IMG/VR virus record: IMGVR_UViG_3300007214_000060
Coordinates: 1-64,000 of that record
Source of the DNA: a virus
DNA length: 64,000 bases
Strand: one strand, 5' to 3'
This document shows, piece by piece, positions 39,033-48,745 of this stretch (the stretch's first letter is position 1; every line of letters begins with the position of its first letter). The notes under the pieces are model-generated. The model did not search any database. It saw only the letters and a program-made list of their open reading frames with translations, and was not told the origin of the DNA. Made by a program: the position numbers and the translations under genes.

Positions 39033-39248
39033 ATCCATTGAGTGTCTTCTTCAAGATCTTTAGAAACTTTGATTTTTGGTTCAGAAGATCCACCAGAATA
39101 ACACCGTAAATCAAACATCGGTACTTCTTTGCCAAACTATTCCAAAAGTTAAATTTTCTGGGTATTTTGCGTTACACAAGGCGCTATTAAGCGTTGGTAA
39201 AAGTTCAGGATCTCTATAGGACGCGATTTGTATAAAAATTTTAGTCAT
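39029..39248 (-). pseudogene. internally deleted GlcNAc-transferase (GT60/PF11397-like) remnant
   Basis: 39248-39111 encodes MTKIFIQIASYRDPELLPTLNSALCNAKYPENLTFGIVWQ then stops at 45 aa; a short ORF-like tail in another frame ends at 39029. Confidence 0.7.
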
Positions 39249-39252
39249 AATG

Positions 39253-39262
39253 GTGTATATCT
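39253..39262 (+). promoter_or_regulatory. GTGTATA motif
   Basis: Upstream of the membrane-protein cluster. Confidence 0.5.
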
Positions 39263-39299
39263 ATACTAGTTGTTTATTTACCACGAGAAAGGCTATATT

Positions 39300-39524
39300 A
39301 TGGCTAATGATATTATGTCTATAGATCCCACCAAGCCAATCAATGTTGAATATGTTGTTTGTTCAGCATTGCCAACCGGCAAAACAAGCAAACTCCTAAG
39401 ATTTGGTTATTATTCTCAAAATTTAACAATAGAAAATATAGAAAATAAATATGAGAATAGATTTGATGATCCTAGTTATTATTATGGTAGTGGTGGTGTT
39501 GATGGTGGAGACGTATCAACATGA
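39300..39524 (+). CDS. hypothetical protein
   Basis: ATG at 39300; first gene of cluster. Confidence 0.55.
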   Translation: MANDIMSIDPTKPINVEYVVCSALPTGKTSKLLRFGYYSQNLTIENIENKYENRFDDPSYYYGSGGVDGGDVST

Positions 39525-39880
39525 AGATGAAAGCCGGATATAAAACCAGTGAGTTTTGGTTTACATTAGTAAGCTTTGTATTTAGTGGATTATATCTAAC
39601 TGGCATATTAACAGAGAATGAACACAAAGAAGAGCTAATATCTGTTGTATCACACGCAGTAGAAAGCATTATACTAATCAGTGGACAGGTGTTTATACTA
39701 GCAAGATATATAAGAGGTAGAAGCGAAGTTAAAAAAATAGTTGAACAAGAAAATTTGGAGATTATTAAAACAGAAGAGGTAAGCAATGAACCAAAAAAAT
39801 CTAATACTAAATCAAGCAGAAAAAATTCATCAGGAACTAAAAGAAAAGCTGCAAAGCCTAAAAAGCGTAGCACTAAGTGA
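39521..39880 (+). CDS. holin-like two-TM protein
   Basis: GYKTSEFW followed by two hydrophobic helices and a very basic tail. Confidence 0.55.
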   Translation: MKMKAGYKTSEFWFTLVSFVFSGLYLTGILTENEHKEELISVVSHAVESIILISGQVFILARYIRGRSEVKKIVEQENLEIIKTEEVSNEPKKSNTKSSRKNSSGTKRKAAKPKKRSTK

Positions 39881-40169
39881 AGTTTGGAAAAATCTTCAGC
39901 TTTTGGTAGCAAGCACGGTACAAATAACAGAATCAATAGGTCAAGATTTAGCTGGCCAAGAAAAAAAAGATATAGTTATAAACTACATTAATAGATTTTA
40001 CGATACAGTATTTTTAGTAGTAGATGTGCCACTTGTGCCAAATTTTTTAGAACCTATAATACATAGCTATGTAAAAAAAATACTAATGATATTAGTTTCC
40101 TCTACCATAGATGCTACTGTCTCAATTTTTAAGCAAACAGGAATTTTCCTCAAGAAAGGTGTCACATGA
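39786..40169 (+). CDS. hypothetical protein
   Basis: LAGQEKK motif; overlaps upstream gene. Confidence 0.55.
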   Translation: MNQKNLILNQAEKIHQELKEKLQSLKSVALSEVWKNLQLLVASTVQITESIGQDLAGQEKKDIVINYINRFYDTVFLVVDVPLVPNFLEPIIHSYVKKILMILVSSTIDATVSIFKQTGIFLKKGVT

Positions 40170-40561
40170 ATTATTCTCAAACGTTCGATGAATTTGCTTC
40201 TTCTCTAGGTCCAACGGATATAGCGTTGTACGCTGGTGCGGCAATTATAGCTTGGGTTTTATTCAAGGATAGACTAAACCCGGTAACTAGCGTAGTCTCT
40301 AAATTTCTGGAAAACCTAAGACAACAAACAGTTGCAAAGACTCCAGTAACAGATAGCGCCAAAGAGACTGTTAATAATAGTGTTAAGCCAGATCCAAATC
40401 CTGTTATCGATGACGTTCAAGACGTTTTCTTTCAGCTTGTTAGTAGCTGGAAAAAAACTCGTGATTTAGCGGTCCTTGCTGGTTGTGTTGAAGCGGTCAA
40501 GGCCGCTGATGCGATGTTTCCATATTTAAGTCCAAATATTTGCAATGAGGAAAATGTATGA
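40166..40561 (+). CDS. membrane protein
   Basis: TM IALYAGAAIIAWVLF. Confidence 0.6.
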   Translation: MNYSQTFDEFASSLGPTDIALYAGAAIIAWVLFKDRLNPVTSVVSKFLENLRQQTVAKTPVTDSAKETVNNSVKPDPNPVIDDVQDVFFQLVSSWKKTRDLAVLAGCVEAVKAADAMFPYLSPNICNEENV

Positions 40562-41070
40562 TATCAACAGTTAAAGAAAATAAACTACTAATAGCCTTAT
40601 CTATTGCTTTAATAGGATTTGGTTTATTTAAACCAGATATCAAATCTATATTTTCTCCAAATAACAATAATGTTGTTATAGACTCTGAAAAAGATGTTGC
40701 TAAACCAACTGACCCTATACTGCTAGAAGCTTGCGAACCAGTCACAAAATTATTGAAGTCTGGATCAACCAGAAAAGCCGATTCGCAAAGATTGTCTTCA
40801 TTATATTTTGATTTAGCAACATTGATATCTTTGGATAATGATGAAGAAGTAATAAAAACAACTATGGAAATTAGGGAAGCTAATAAATTGGCTGGATCAA
40901 TGAGCAGACTAAACTTAAAAGATAAATACCCAGGATTAGCAGAGGCTTGTAATAGCCTTGTCGTTGCTGGTATTGGAGAAAATGATGTTGTTCTGGACAA
41001 AGAAACCAGACAAAGAGCCGTTGAAACTTTTATGGCTCTTAGCTGGGCTTGTTCTCAAGGAGCAAAATAA
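40558..41070 (+). CDS. signal-anchored protein
   Basis: N-terminal hydrophobic helix. Confidence 0.6.
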   Translation: MISTVKENKLLIALSIALIGFGLFKPDIKSIFSPNNNNVVIDSEKDVAKPTDPILLEACEPVTKLLKSGSTRKADSQRLSSLYFDLATLISLDNDEEVIKTTMEIREANKLAGSMSRLNLKDKYPGLAEACNSLVVAGIGENDVVLDKETRQRAVETFMALSWACSQGAK

Positions 41071-41993
41071 TGTCTAGATTAAGTCCTAATGATCTTTATA
41101 ATGAATACAGAAAAGGTTTTTCTGGATGTCTTTGGGAAGAGCACATATTTAATGAACTTTTAGAAAGTTCTAAATATGCTTATTTCTCTGATGGATCTAA
41201 GCGTATTAAAAGTAGCGGAAAAGGTAAGCTTAGCACACCATACAAAAGCGTGTTAAAGTTTGATAAAAATCCATATAATGAAAGACAAACAACTGGAGAT
41301 TGTGTTAGTCACGCAACACGCAATGCTGTAGATGTTAGTAGAGCGGTAGAAATTGATCTACACGGAGACAAAGAATCTTGGATAGCTCGTGGCGCTACAG
41401 AAGCCATCTACGGCGCTCGTGGTCATGGTGGCCAAGGCATGAGTTGTTCGCGAGCAGCTACTTTTGTTAGTCAAAGTGGTGGTGTTGTTGTAAGGAAAGA
41501 TTACAAGGGGGTCGCTGATTTTAGCAAATATAACGGTAGTCTAGGAGCTGGTTGGGGATCTAGAGGTCTACCAGATAAGGTTATAGATTTGGCCAATGAT
41601 CACCAAATAAAAACTGTTAGTTTAGTACGAACTATTGAAGAAGCGCGAGACGCTCTTGCTAATGGCTATGGATTATCAGTGTGTTCAAGTTATGGATTTA
41701 GTAATAAAAGAGATAGTAAAGGATTTGCTAGAGTTAGTGGTAGCTGGGCTCATGCTATGGCCTGGATAGCTTGTGACGATACTGGCGCCGAACCAGCGTT
41801 TCTTGTTCAAAATAGTTGGGGAAAATGGAATGATGGTGGTCATCCAGAATGGGGCAAGATACCCGATGGGTCATTTTTGATCCATGCGGAGGCTGCTGCT
41901 GGAATGTTGAGCCAAAATGGGGCTTATGCTTTTAGCGACTTCGACGGGTTTCCTCCACAAAAATTACCAGACTACGGTTTTACATACCTATAA
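41070..41993 (+). CDS. papain-like (C1A) cysteine peptidase
   Basis: QTTGDCVSHA (Gln/Cys), WAHAM (His), QNSWG (Asn). Confidence 0.85.
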   Translation: MSRLSPNDLYNEYRKGFSGCLWEEHIFNELLESSKYAYFSDGSKRIKSSGKGKLSTPYKSVLKFDKNPYNERQTTGDCVSHATRNAVDVSRAVEIDLHGDKESWIARGATEAIYGARGHGGQGMSCSRAATFVSQSGGVVVRKDYKGVADFSKYNGSLGAGWGSRGLPDKVIDLANDHQIKTVSLVRTIEEARDALANGYGLSVCSSYGFSNKRDSKGFARVSGSWAHAMAWIACDDTGAEPAFLVQNSWGKWNDGGHPEWGKIPDGSFLIHAEAAAGMLSQNGAYAFSDFDGFPPQKLPDYGFTYL

Positions 41994-42007
41994 TAGGGCT
42001 ATAAAAA

Positions 42008-42241
42008 TTGCTTAACTTAATCAAAGAATATATATTAGATAATTATTTCGTTGAGCTGTACCAGGAATCAAATGCTCAACCAATACCAGACGAGCTATTG
42101 GAATCCATAAGACAAACATTAAATAACCAAAAGTATGCAAAAGATATTGTTGAGCAGCTAGAGGCGATAAAGGGTATCAAGCAGATAATTATCTATGATT
42201 CTAATAAAAACGTTTTACTAATTAGCGATAATGAATTTTAA
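42008..42241 (+). CDS. hypothetical protein
   Basis: ORF, TTG start. Confidence 0.45.
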   Translation: MLNLIKEYILDNYFVELYQESNAQPIPDELLESIRQTLNNQKYAKDIVEQLEAIKGIKQIIIYDSNKNVLLISDNEF

Positions 42242-42296
42242 TGCTTTGTATAGTTTTAGTGTATTATAAAGTGTCATATTAGAATTGGATATAATT

Positions 42297-42485
42297 ATGA
42301 AACTAATAGATAAAATAGCTCTTAATAGAACACTATCCATTATTTTTGGTTTTATCATATCTTTACTAAAATTCTTTTCGCCAAACCTTGGCAAAGAATT
42401 AGATGATAACAACCCCATTCCTCCAATTCCAAAACCACCACTTAGAAAAAGACTACCAAGACCGTGGAAAAAATCTGATGAGTAA
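42297..42485 (+). CDS. small membrane protein with Pro/Arg-rich tail
   Basis: TM then PIPPIPKPPLRKRLPRPW; GTGTATT motif at 42259. Confidence 0.6.
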   Translation: MKLIDKIALNRTLSIIFGFIISLLKFFSPNLGKELDDNNPIPPIPKPPLRKRLPRPWKKSDE

Positions 42486-42846
42486 ATTACTAATAATTGT
42501 ATTGTCTATGACAACCATAATAGGTTATTGTTCACTATCCTATGATGGATCAACAACGGCTCCTGTCATATTAGCTGGCGCAATAATAAAAACAACAGGA
42601 TCGGATATAGGAAAAAAATATCCAAGAAAAGATTGTCCAGTATGTAAAGGCACTGGAAAATATCTAAGTGGAGATACAATATCTTGGGTCGATTGTGGAT
42701 ATTGTGATCCAGCGATCAAAACAGACTCAGAGGTTACTCATCCACCGATTATTCTAAAAAGCGAAAAGATTTCGTGTCAAAATAAAAATTGTAAATGTAA
42801 GAATTGTTCATGTCATAAATGCGGATGTTTACCATCGGTAGAATAG
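42478..42846 (+). CDS. secreted Cys-rich protein
   Basis: Signal; CPVCKGTG...CGYC; metallothionein-like tail C...NCKCKNCSCHKCGC. Confidence 0.6.
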   Translation: MSKLLIIVLSMTTIIGYCSLSYDGSTTAPVILAGAIIKTTGSDIGKKYPRKDCPVCKGTGKYLSGDTISWVDCGYCDPAIKTDSEVTHPPIILKSEKISCQNKNCKCKNCSCHKCGCLPSVE

Positions 42847-42859
42847 GATATTTTTAAAA

Positions 42860-43258
42860 ATGAAAAAAAATACTGCTCTAGAAAAAATAGCCAAAAAAGT
42901 TATTTCTAATATGCATCTTGAAAAAGATAAAGAGTATGGAATAGATCCAATTACAATAATACTTGTAATAAGCGTTATACTTACTCTAATCAGAGTGATA
43001 CAGGAATGCAGAAAAAATCGCAAATTATTAAAAGATAAAAATGAATCAGTGTCTTTAATGAAGAAAGATATTCAGGAAGCTGTGTTAAAAGATTCTTGGT
43101 TAAATAGACTAAGGCTGCAAAGAATTATAAAAAATAATTTGACCAAAGATCAGTACAAAGCTTATGGTAAGTCGTTACAAAACAGTATAATGGAAACTGG
43201 AATTAATCTCACGGAAGACGAAGTATGCACTTTAATGGAGGCAACAAACGATGCTTAG
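42860..43258 (+). CDS. membrane protein
   Basis: YGIDPITIILVISVILTLIRVIQEC. Confidence 0.6.
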   Translation: MKKNTALEKIAKKVISNMHLEKDKEYGIDPITIILVISVILTLIRVIQECRKNRKLLKDKNESVSLMKKDIQEAVLKDSWLNRLRLQRIIKNNLTKDQYKAYGKSLQNSIMETGINLTEDEVCTLMEATNDA

Positions 43259-43502
43259 TTTATTAATATGGTTAGTATACGGTCTTCTAGTAGGTAGTAT
43301 AGCAAAAGCAATTGTTCCTGGCGAAGAAAATTTTGGATTTCTAAAAACGATTGCTCTAGGAGTGGCCGGTTCCTATATGGGCGGCGCTATACTGTATTTA
43401 ATGGGACAGTACAATAGTCTGAGCCCCGCTGGTTTGTTTATGGGTGTTGCTGGCGGCGTTCTCAGTTTAGTCCTATACAATAAGCTAACAAGTAAAAACT
43501 GA
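43251..43502 (+). CDS. GlsB/YeaQ/YmgE (transglycosylase-associated) membrane protein
   Basis: WL..GLLVGSIAKAIVPG...TIALGVAGSYMGG. Confidence 0.85.
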   Translation: MLSLLIWLVYGLLVGSIAKAIVPGEENFGFLKTIALGVAGSYMGGAILYLMGQYNSLSPAGLFMGVAGGVLSLVLYNKLTSKN

Positions 43503-43504
43503 GC

Positions 43505-43532
43505 TTGACCACCACGACCATACTGCTATAAT
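43505..43532 (+). promoter_or_regulatory. sigma70-type promoter
   Basis: TTGACC-N16-TATAAT with TG extended -10; ATG 6 nt downstream (possibly leaderless). Confidence 0.7.
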
Positions 43533-43538
43533 GGTAGT

Positions 43539-44009
43539 ATGAATAGACCATCGTGGACTGATTATTTTTTAGGGCTGGCTACAGTGATCTCTAAGCGCAG
43601 CCACGACATACACACTCAGCATGGATGCGTTATTACGGACCAACAAAATCGCATACTGGGTGTGGGATACAATGGTTTTCCTCACAGCTTAGACGATTCT
43701 AAATTGCCAACTTCAAGGCCAGAAAAATATTCTTGGATGATCCACGCAGAACGAAATGCCCTATCTAATTGTGTTGTGAGACCAGATAACGGTATAGCAT
43801 ATGTCACAGGACAGTGCTGTAATGATTGTGTTATGGCTCTTTGGCAAGAAGGAATTAGAACAGTGTTTATGGCAAAACAACACGGCACAATTTTATTTGA
43901 CGACGACGCTAAAAACAGATTTGATCTTTTTGTTGGTATGAGCGGCATAAAAATTGAATATGTTGACTCTGATCTTTCTTGGCTGAAACAATTGTGTGGT
44001 GTATTATGA
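43539..44009 (+). CDS. dCMP deaminase
   Basis: RPSW..YF, GYNG, HAERNA, CNDC. Confidence 0.9.
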   Translation: MNRPSWTDYFLGLATVISKRSHDIHTQHGCVITDQQNRILGVGYNGFPHSLDDSKLPTSRPEKYSWMIHAERNALSNCVVRPDNGIAYVTGQCCNDCVMALWQEGIRTVFMAKQHGTILFDDDAKNRFDLFVGMSGIKIEYVDSDLSWLKQLCGVL

Positions 44010-44143
44010 GTGTACATATATTTTATATTAGTTGTTTTATATTTTTGTATCATTTTATTTTTATTGATAACACACAAATGATTAACTTTTCTTTTTATAT
44101 GGCTGTGTTATTAGGCATTATTGCAATTCTGAACAGGAGATAA
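44006..44143 (+). CDS. small membrane peptide (45 aa; not in ORF track)
   Basis: MSVHIFYISCFIFLYHFIF...MAVLLGIIAILNRR; overlaps upstream stop. Confidence 0.5.
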   Translation: MSVHIFYISCFIFLYHFIFIDNTQMINFSFYMAVLLGIIAILNRR

Positions 44144-44144
44144 T

Positions 44145-46337
44145 ATGTCCGCACTTCAAGAGCTTCAAAATTATACGTTTGTTAGTAAATATGCTCGTTG
44201 GATCCCAGAAAAAAATCGTAGAGAAACATGGAAAGAAGCTGTTGAGCGCGTTAAAAATATGATGCATACTATGTATGCTGATAAAAATATATCTGAAGAT
44301 ATTGATTGGGCGTACGATATGATGCACAAAAAGAAGGTTCTTGGTAGTCAAAGAGGGTTACAATTTGGCGGCGAACCAATACTAAAAAGACATGCAAAAA
44401 TTTATAACTGCACATCTTCCTATTGCGATAGATTAAGATTTTTCCAAGAATGTTTTTGGCTACTTCTTTGCGGTAGTGGAACAGGTTTTAGTGTGCAAAA
44501 GCATCATGTTGCCAAGCTTCCAACATTAGAGCACGATGTTGAAGAAGGTGAAGGAACGAAGTATATTATAGAGGATAGCATAGAGGGCTGGGCAGATGCT
44601 CTTGGCGTACTATTAAGTAGCTACTTTAGTAAGCCTATAGAAGAATTTAAGATGTATAAGAATACATATGTAATATTTGATTATAGCAATATTCGTCCAA
44701 AGGGATCGGATTTAAGTTCTGGTGTTGGAAAAGCTCCTGGATTTGAACCATTGGCTAATGGACTAGAAAAAATACGCACACTATTAGATCGCTGCATAGC
44801 TAATGGTCAAAAGAAGCTACGACCAATAGACGCATATGATATTATTATGCATAGTAGTGATGCTGTGTTAAGTGGTGGTGTAAGACGATCAGCTAGTTTA
44901 GCATTATTTAGCGCTGACGATGAAGAAATGGCAAAAGCCAAGACTGGAAACTGGTATATGGATAATCCTCAGAGAGCACGAAGCAATAACTCTGCTCTTT
45001 TATTGAAAGACGAAACAACATTTGAGGAGTTTCAAAATTTAATGGAGAGCGTTAAAGAATTTGGAGAACCAGGATTTATTTGGAGTGACTCTACAGAGAT
45101 GACTTTTAATCCGTGCGTTGAAGTCGGAATGTGGCCAATTGATGAAACCACAGGTAAGAGTGGATGGCAGGGATGTAACTTATCAACCATTAATTGCTCT
45201 TCCATAGAGGATGAGAATGATTTCTATGAAAGGTGCAAAGCGGCCGCTATAATAGGTACACTACAAGCAGGATTTACAAAATTAGATTATTTGGGCGAGG
45301 TAAGTTGCAGAATTTTTGCTAGAGAAGCTTTGTTGGGTGTTTCACTAACCGGTATTATGGAAAAGCACGATCTTGTTCTATCAGAAAAAGTATTAAAAGC
45401 AGGAGCAAAAATAGCGGTTGAAACTAATAAAGAAATGTCTAAAAAAATAACCATCAATCAGGCTGCTAGAGTGACCTGTTTAAAACCTGAAGGAACCAGT
45501 TCAAGTATGCTTGGAACAAGTTCTGGTATTCATCCGCATCACGCCAAACGCTATATCAGACACGTACAAGCAAATGTTTTAGAAGCACCATACCAACACT
45601 TCAAGAATTATAACCCGCAAGCCTGCGAAAAATCAAGATGGTCGGCCAATGATACCGATGAGGTTATAAAATTTCCAGTAGAGGTTCCAGATGGAGCAAA
45701 ATTAAAGAATCAATTACCGGCTGTTGATATGCTTGCTATTGTTAAGGATACTCAAAAAAATTGGGTTTATTCTGGTAAAAATAAAAATCTATGCACACAA
45801 GACTATTTGAGTCACAATGTTAGTAACACCGTCACGGTAAAACCAGACGAGTGGGGGAGTGTCACGAAGTATATTTATGATAATCGTAAATATTTTGCTG
45901 GTATTAGTCTTATTCCACAAAGCGGAGACAAGGATTATCCACAGGCTCCTTTTACAACAGTATATACTAGTCGTGAGATAGTCAAAGAATATGGTGATGC
46001 AGCCTTGTGGTGTTCTGGATTGATAGAACTAGCATTAAATGCGTTCAATAATAACCTTTGGGCCGCTTGTGACTATGTGGGTTTAAATCAGGCAAAAGAA
46101 AATGATGTACATGAAAAACTAGTGTTTATTACAAAGATGAAAAATTTTGCTGGTAAATATTTTGATGGCGATATTAAACGATTAACGTATTGCATGAAAG
46201 ATGTTTACAACTGGAAGATCTACTGTGATCTTTATAATAGCTTCAAGAAAGTTGATTATACACAACTCCTAGAAACAGAAGATAATACTAGAGGTATTGA
46301 AGAAGTTAGTTGTGCTGGCGGCGCTTGCCTTATTTGA
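44145..46337 (+). CDS. nrdJ: class II (B12-dependent) ribonucleotide reductase
   Basis: YNC, GGVRRSA, RSNNS, GEPG, NPCVE, CNL, TCLKPEGT, C-terminal CAGGAC. Confidence 0.92.
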   Translation: MSALQELQNYTFVSKYARWIPEKNRRETWKEAVERVKNMMHTMYADKNISEDIDWAYDMMHKKKVLGSQRGLQFGGEPILKRHAKIYNCTSSYCDRLRFFQECFWLLLCGSGTGFSVQKHHVAKLPTLEHDVEEGEGTKYIIEDSIEGWADALGVLLSSYFSKPIEEFKMYKNTYVIFDYSNIRPKGSDLSSGVGKAPGFEPLANGLEKIRTLLDRCIANGQKKLRPIDAYDIIMHSSDAVLSGGVRRSASLALFSADDEEMAKAKTGNWYMDNPQRARSNNSALLLKDETTFEEFQNLMESVKEFGEPGFIWSDSTEMTFNPCVEVGMWPIDETTGKSGWQGCNLSTINCSSIEDENDFYERCKAAAIIGTLQAGFTKLDYLGEVSCRIFAREALLGVSLTGIMEKHDLVLSEKVLKAGAKIAVETNKEMSKKITINQAARVTCLKPEGTSSSMLGTSSGIHPHHAKRYIRHVQANVLEAPYQHFKNYNPQACEKSRWSANDTDEVIKFPVEVPDGAKLKNQLPAVDMLAIVKDTQKNWVYSGKNKNLCTQDYLSHNVSNTVTVKPDEWGSVTKYIYDNRKYFAGISLIPQSGDKDYPQAPFTTVYTSREIVKEYGDAALWCSGLIELALNAFNNNLWAACDYVGLNQAKENDVHEKLVFITKMKNFAGKYFDGDIKRLTYCMKDVYNWKIYCDLYNSFKKVDYTQLLETEDNTRGIEEVSCAGGACLI

Positions 46338-46360
46338 CCCCATTTTACAAGGAGTCTTAA

Positions 46361-47092
46361 TTGAGAAAAAAAACAAAAAATAACCAGAAAAAATCTAGGG
46401 TTATAGATGCAACCAACGATATTAGTTTTTCTGGAGCGGTATATAGGAATAGGCTGAAAGCAAGAACAGAAAATCAAAAACAATATATTAAAACAATAGA
46501 CGAAAACACAATTACGTTTTGTCAAGGCGTAGCTGGTAGTGGAAAAACGCATATAGCAATAGGAACAGCTTTAGAGTATCTATTAGAGAATAAAGTTAAT
46601 AAAATAATAATTACTAGACCGGTTGTAGAAAGTGGAGAAAAGATTGGATACCTTCCTGGTACAGCAGAAGAAAAACTGCACCCATATCTGCTACCTATAA
46701 TAGATGAAATATCTCATTTTATACCCATGAGTCATTATGCTAGTTTAAAACTGAATAATAAAATAGAGGTTGTTCCTCTTGGCCTAATGAGAGGTAGGAA
46801 CTTTCACAAAAGCTTTATTGTGGCTGATGAGTGTCAGAATGCTACATATGATCAATTAAAAATGCTATTAACTCGCATAGGCATAGATAGTAAAATGGTG
46901 TTAACAGGAGATATAAGTCAGTCCGATCTACATAAATCAATGCGTGGAGGATTTCTTGATCTAATTAGTTGTTTAAGAATAGTTAATGGAATCGGATTTT
47001 CTGAATTATTTAATGGAGACATTGTCAGAAATCCAATAATAGGATCTATACTAGAGGCACTCAAACACTATGAGTCTGGAGAAGCAACATAA
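46361..47092 (+). CDS. phoH: PhoH-family ATPase
   Basis: GVAGSGKT, ITRPVVE, GYLPG, MRGRNF, DECQN, GD..QSD. Confidence 0.93.
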   Translation: MRKKTKNNQKKSRVIDATNDISFSGAVYRNRLKARTENQKQYIKTIDENTITFCQGVAGSGKTHIAIGTALEYLLENKVNKIIITRPVVESGEKIGYLPGTAEEKLHPYLLPIIDEISHFIPMSHYASLKLNNKIEVVPLGLMRGRNFHKSFIVADECQNATYDQLKMLLTRIGIDSKMVLTGDISQSDLHKSMRGGFLDLISCLRIVNGIGFSELFNGDIVRNPIIGSILEALKHYESGEAT

Positions 47093-47657
47093 GAGTTGTC
47101 TTGTTCTTAACAATGACTATACGCCATTAAGTATAGTTAGTTGGAAAAAGGCAATCGTGTGGTATTTTAGAGGTATGTACGAAAAATCATTCGGTATCGA
47201 AATAATAGGTTTTTATTCCGATGATATAATCTTAGGTACTAATAAAAATTTTCCTATACCAGCAATAGCAAAAACCAAAAAGTTTTTTAGAATACATAAG
47301 CAGAATTTAAAATTCTCTAGAAAAAATATCTTCATAAGAGATAGTCATACGTGTCAGTACTGCGGAATTAAATTTGATTGTAGCAAATTGACTTATGATC
47401 ACGTTATTCCAAAATCTAAATGGAACTATAACAGGGGATCTCCAACAAGATGGACAAACATAGTAACATCCTGTTTACAGTGTAATAGGAAAAAGGGAAA
47501 TAAAACACCAAAAGATGCCAATATGCCTTTGATAGCTTTGCCTTATCAACCAGAGAAAAATTCCAAATACTTGCCTATATCCTACAAACTGCTTAATATA
47601 AACCATCAGATACCTGAGGAATGGAAACCTTTTATACCGCCTTCTTATATTACTTGA
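47070..47657 (+). CDS. HNH endonuclease (McrA-like)
   Basis: RD..TCQYCG, LTYDHVIP, W.NIVTSC..CN..KG. Confidence 0.88.
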   Translation: MSLEKQHKSCLVLNNDYTPLSIVSWKKAIVWYFRGMYEKSFGIEIIGFYSDDIILGTNKNFPIPAIAKTKKFFRIHKQNLKFSRKNIFIRDSHTCQYCGIKFDCSKLTYDHVIPKSKWNYNRGSPTRWTNIVTSCLQCNRKKGNKTPKDANMPLIALPYQPEKNSKYLPISYKLLNINHQIPEEWKPFIPPSYIT

Positions 47658-47658
47658 T

Positions 47659-48015
47659 ATGCCAAACTATACTTACACTTGCGATATTTGCAACGATAAA
47701 TTTGAATTATTCTATCGCATCTCAGAATACAAAGAAAATCCAAAATGTCCTCAATGTAATAATTCTACACACACACATAGATGTTACATTTCTGATGCAA
47801 TGACACAGTTTACATCTGTTAAGAAATCAGACTCAGAATTAAAAACTTTAGGAGATTTGGCTAAAAGAAATTCAGATAAAATGAGTCAAGATCAAAAAAT
47901 AGATTTACACAACAAACATAATAGCTATAAAGAAAATAAAATTGAAACAAAACCACTGCCAAGTGGTATGAGTTATAAGAAGAAACCACCCAAACCCAAA
48001 TGGCCAGGAACCTAA
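47659..48015 (+). CDS. FmdB-type zinc ribbon protein
   Basis: MPNYTYTCDIC..FE...CPQC. Confidence 0.75.
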   Translation: MPNYTYTCDICNDKFELFYRISEYKENPKCPQCNNSTHTHRCYISDAMTQFTSVKKSDSELKTLGDLAKRNSDKMSQDQKIDLHNKHNSYKENKIETKPLPSGMSYKKKPPKPKWPGT

Positions 48016-48017
48016 AC

Positions 48018-48404
48018 ATGAATGAATATCTATTCTCTCCAAATAAAAATAAATCCGTGAATGAATCAAATACCATTGAGTATTTTACAATATCGGGAAA
48101 TCAAGACTATTACGATAACGAGCAGATGCCAAGACTAAGTTCGCCTAGCGATCTTGTTTACGCTAAGAAAGTTATAAATTCTGAGGGCATTACCAGGTAT
48201 TTTATTAGATTATCGTTAAGTAATAAACTATATGATCCAACTTCTCCATACGGATTAGATAAAACAAAAAGTTTTCTAGATAGTACCGTTAGAGATCCAG
48301 ACAGATTTAAAGCGGTAAATCAAAAGACATTTACTTTATATTTAAGCTTCTTGAAAACAAAAAACACATCATATTTACATAATGCTGAAAGAGAGAGTGA
48401 ATAA
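48018..48404 (+). CDS. hypothetical protein
   Basis: ORF in operon. Confidence 0.55.
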   Translation: MNEYLFSPNKNKSVNESNTIEYFTISGNQDYYDNEQMPRLSSPSDLVYAKKVINSEGITRYFIRLSLSNKLYDPTSPYGLDKTKSFLDSTVRDPDRFKAVNQKTFTLYLSFLKTKNTSYLHNAERESE

Positions 48405-48745
48405 TGCCAAGATCTTCAAAAACAGAAATATACAGTGTATTATGGTTAAACTACAACAAAAGATCAGTTGCTGAGATATCAAAGGAATTGAATCTTGAAG
48501 AAGAAAAAGTTATCAAAATTCTTGAAAAACACAACGCTACTAATACAACAAATAAAACCATCACAGCATCTGAGAAAATAAAAAACAAACCTTCAAACTT
48601 AATGATAAATACAACGGCTAATAAACAAAGTAAAAATGTGTCCGTTATGACTCAGGCTGCGTCTATGGCTTTTGATGAGCATAAAAAGTCTATTAGCAAT
48701 AGACCAAACAAAAACAATAAGAATATATTCAAACCCAATGGCTGA
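48404..48745 (+). CDS. hypothetical protein, possible N-terminal HTH
   Basis: SVAEISKELNL. Confidence 0.5.
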   Translation: MPRSSKTEIYSVLWLNYNKRSVAEISKELNLEEEKVIKILEKHNATNTTNKTITASEKIKNKPSNLMINTTANKQSKNVSVMTQAASMAFDEHKKSISNRPNKNNKNIFKPNG

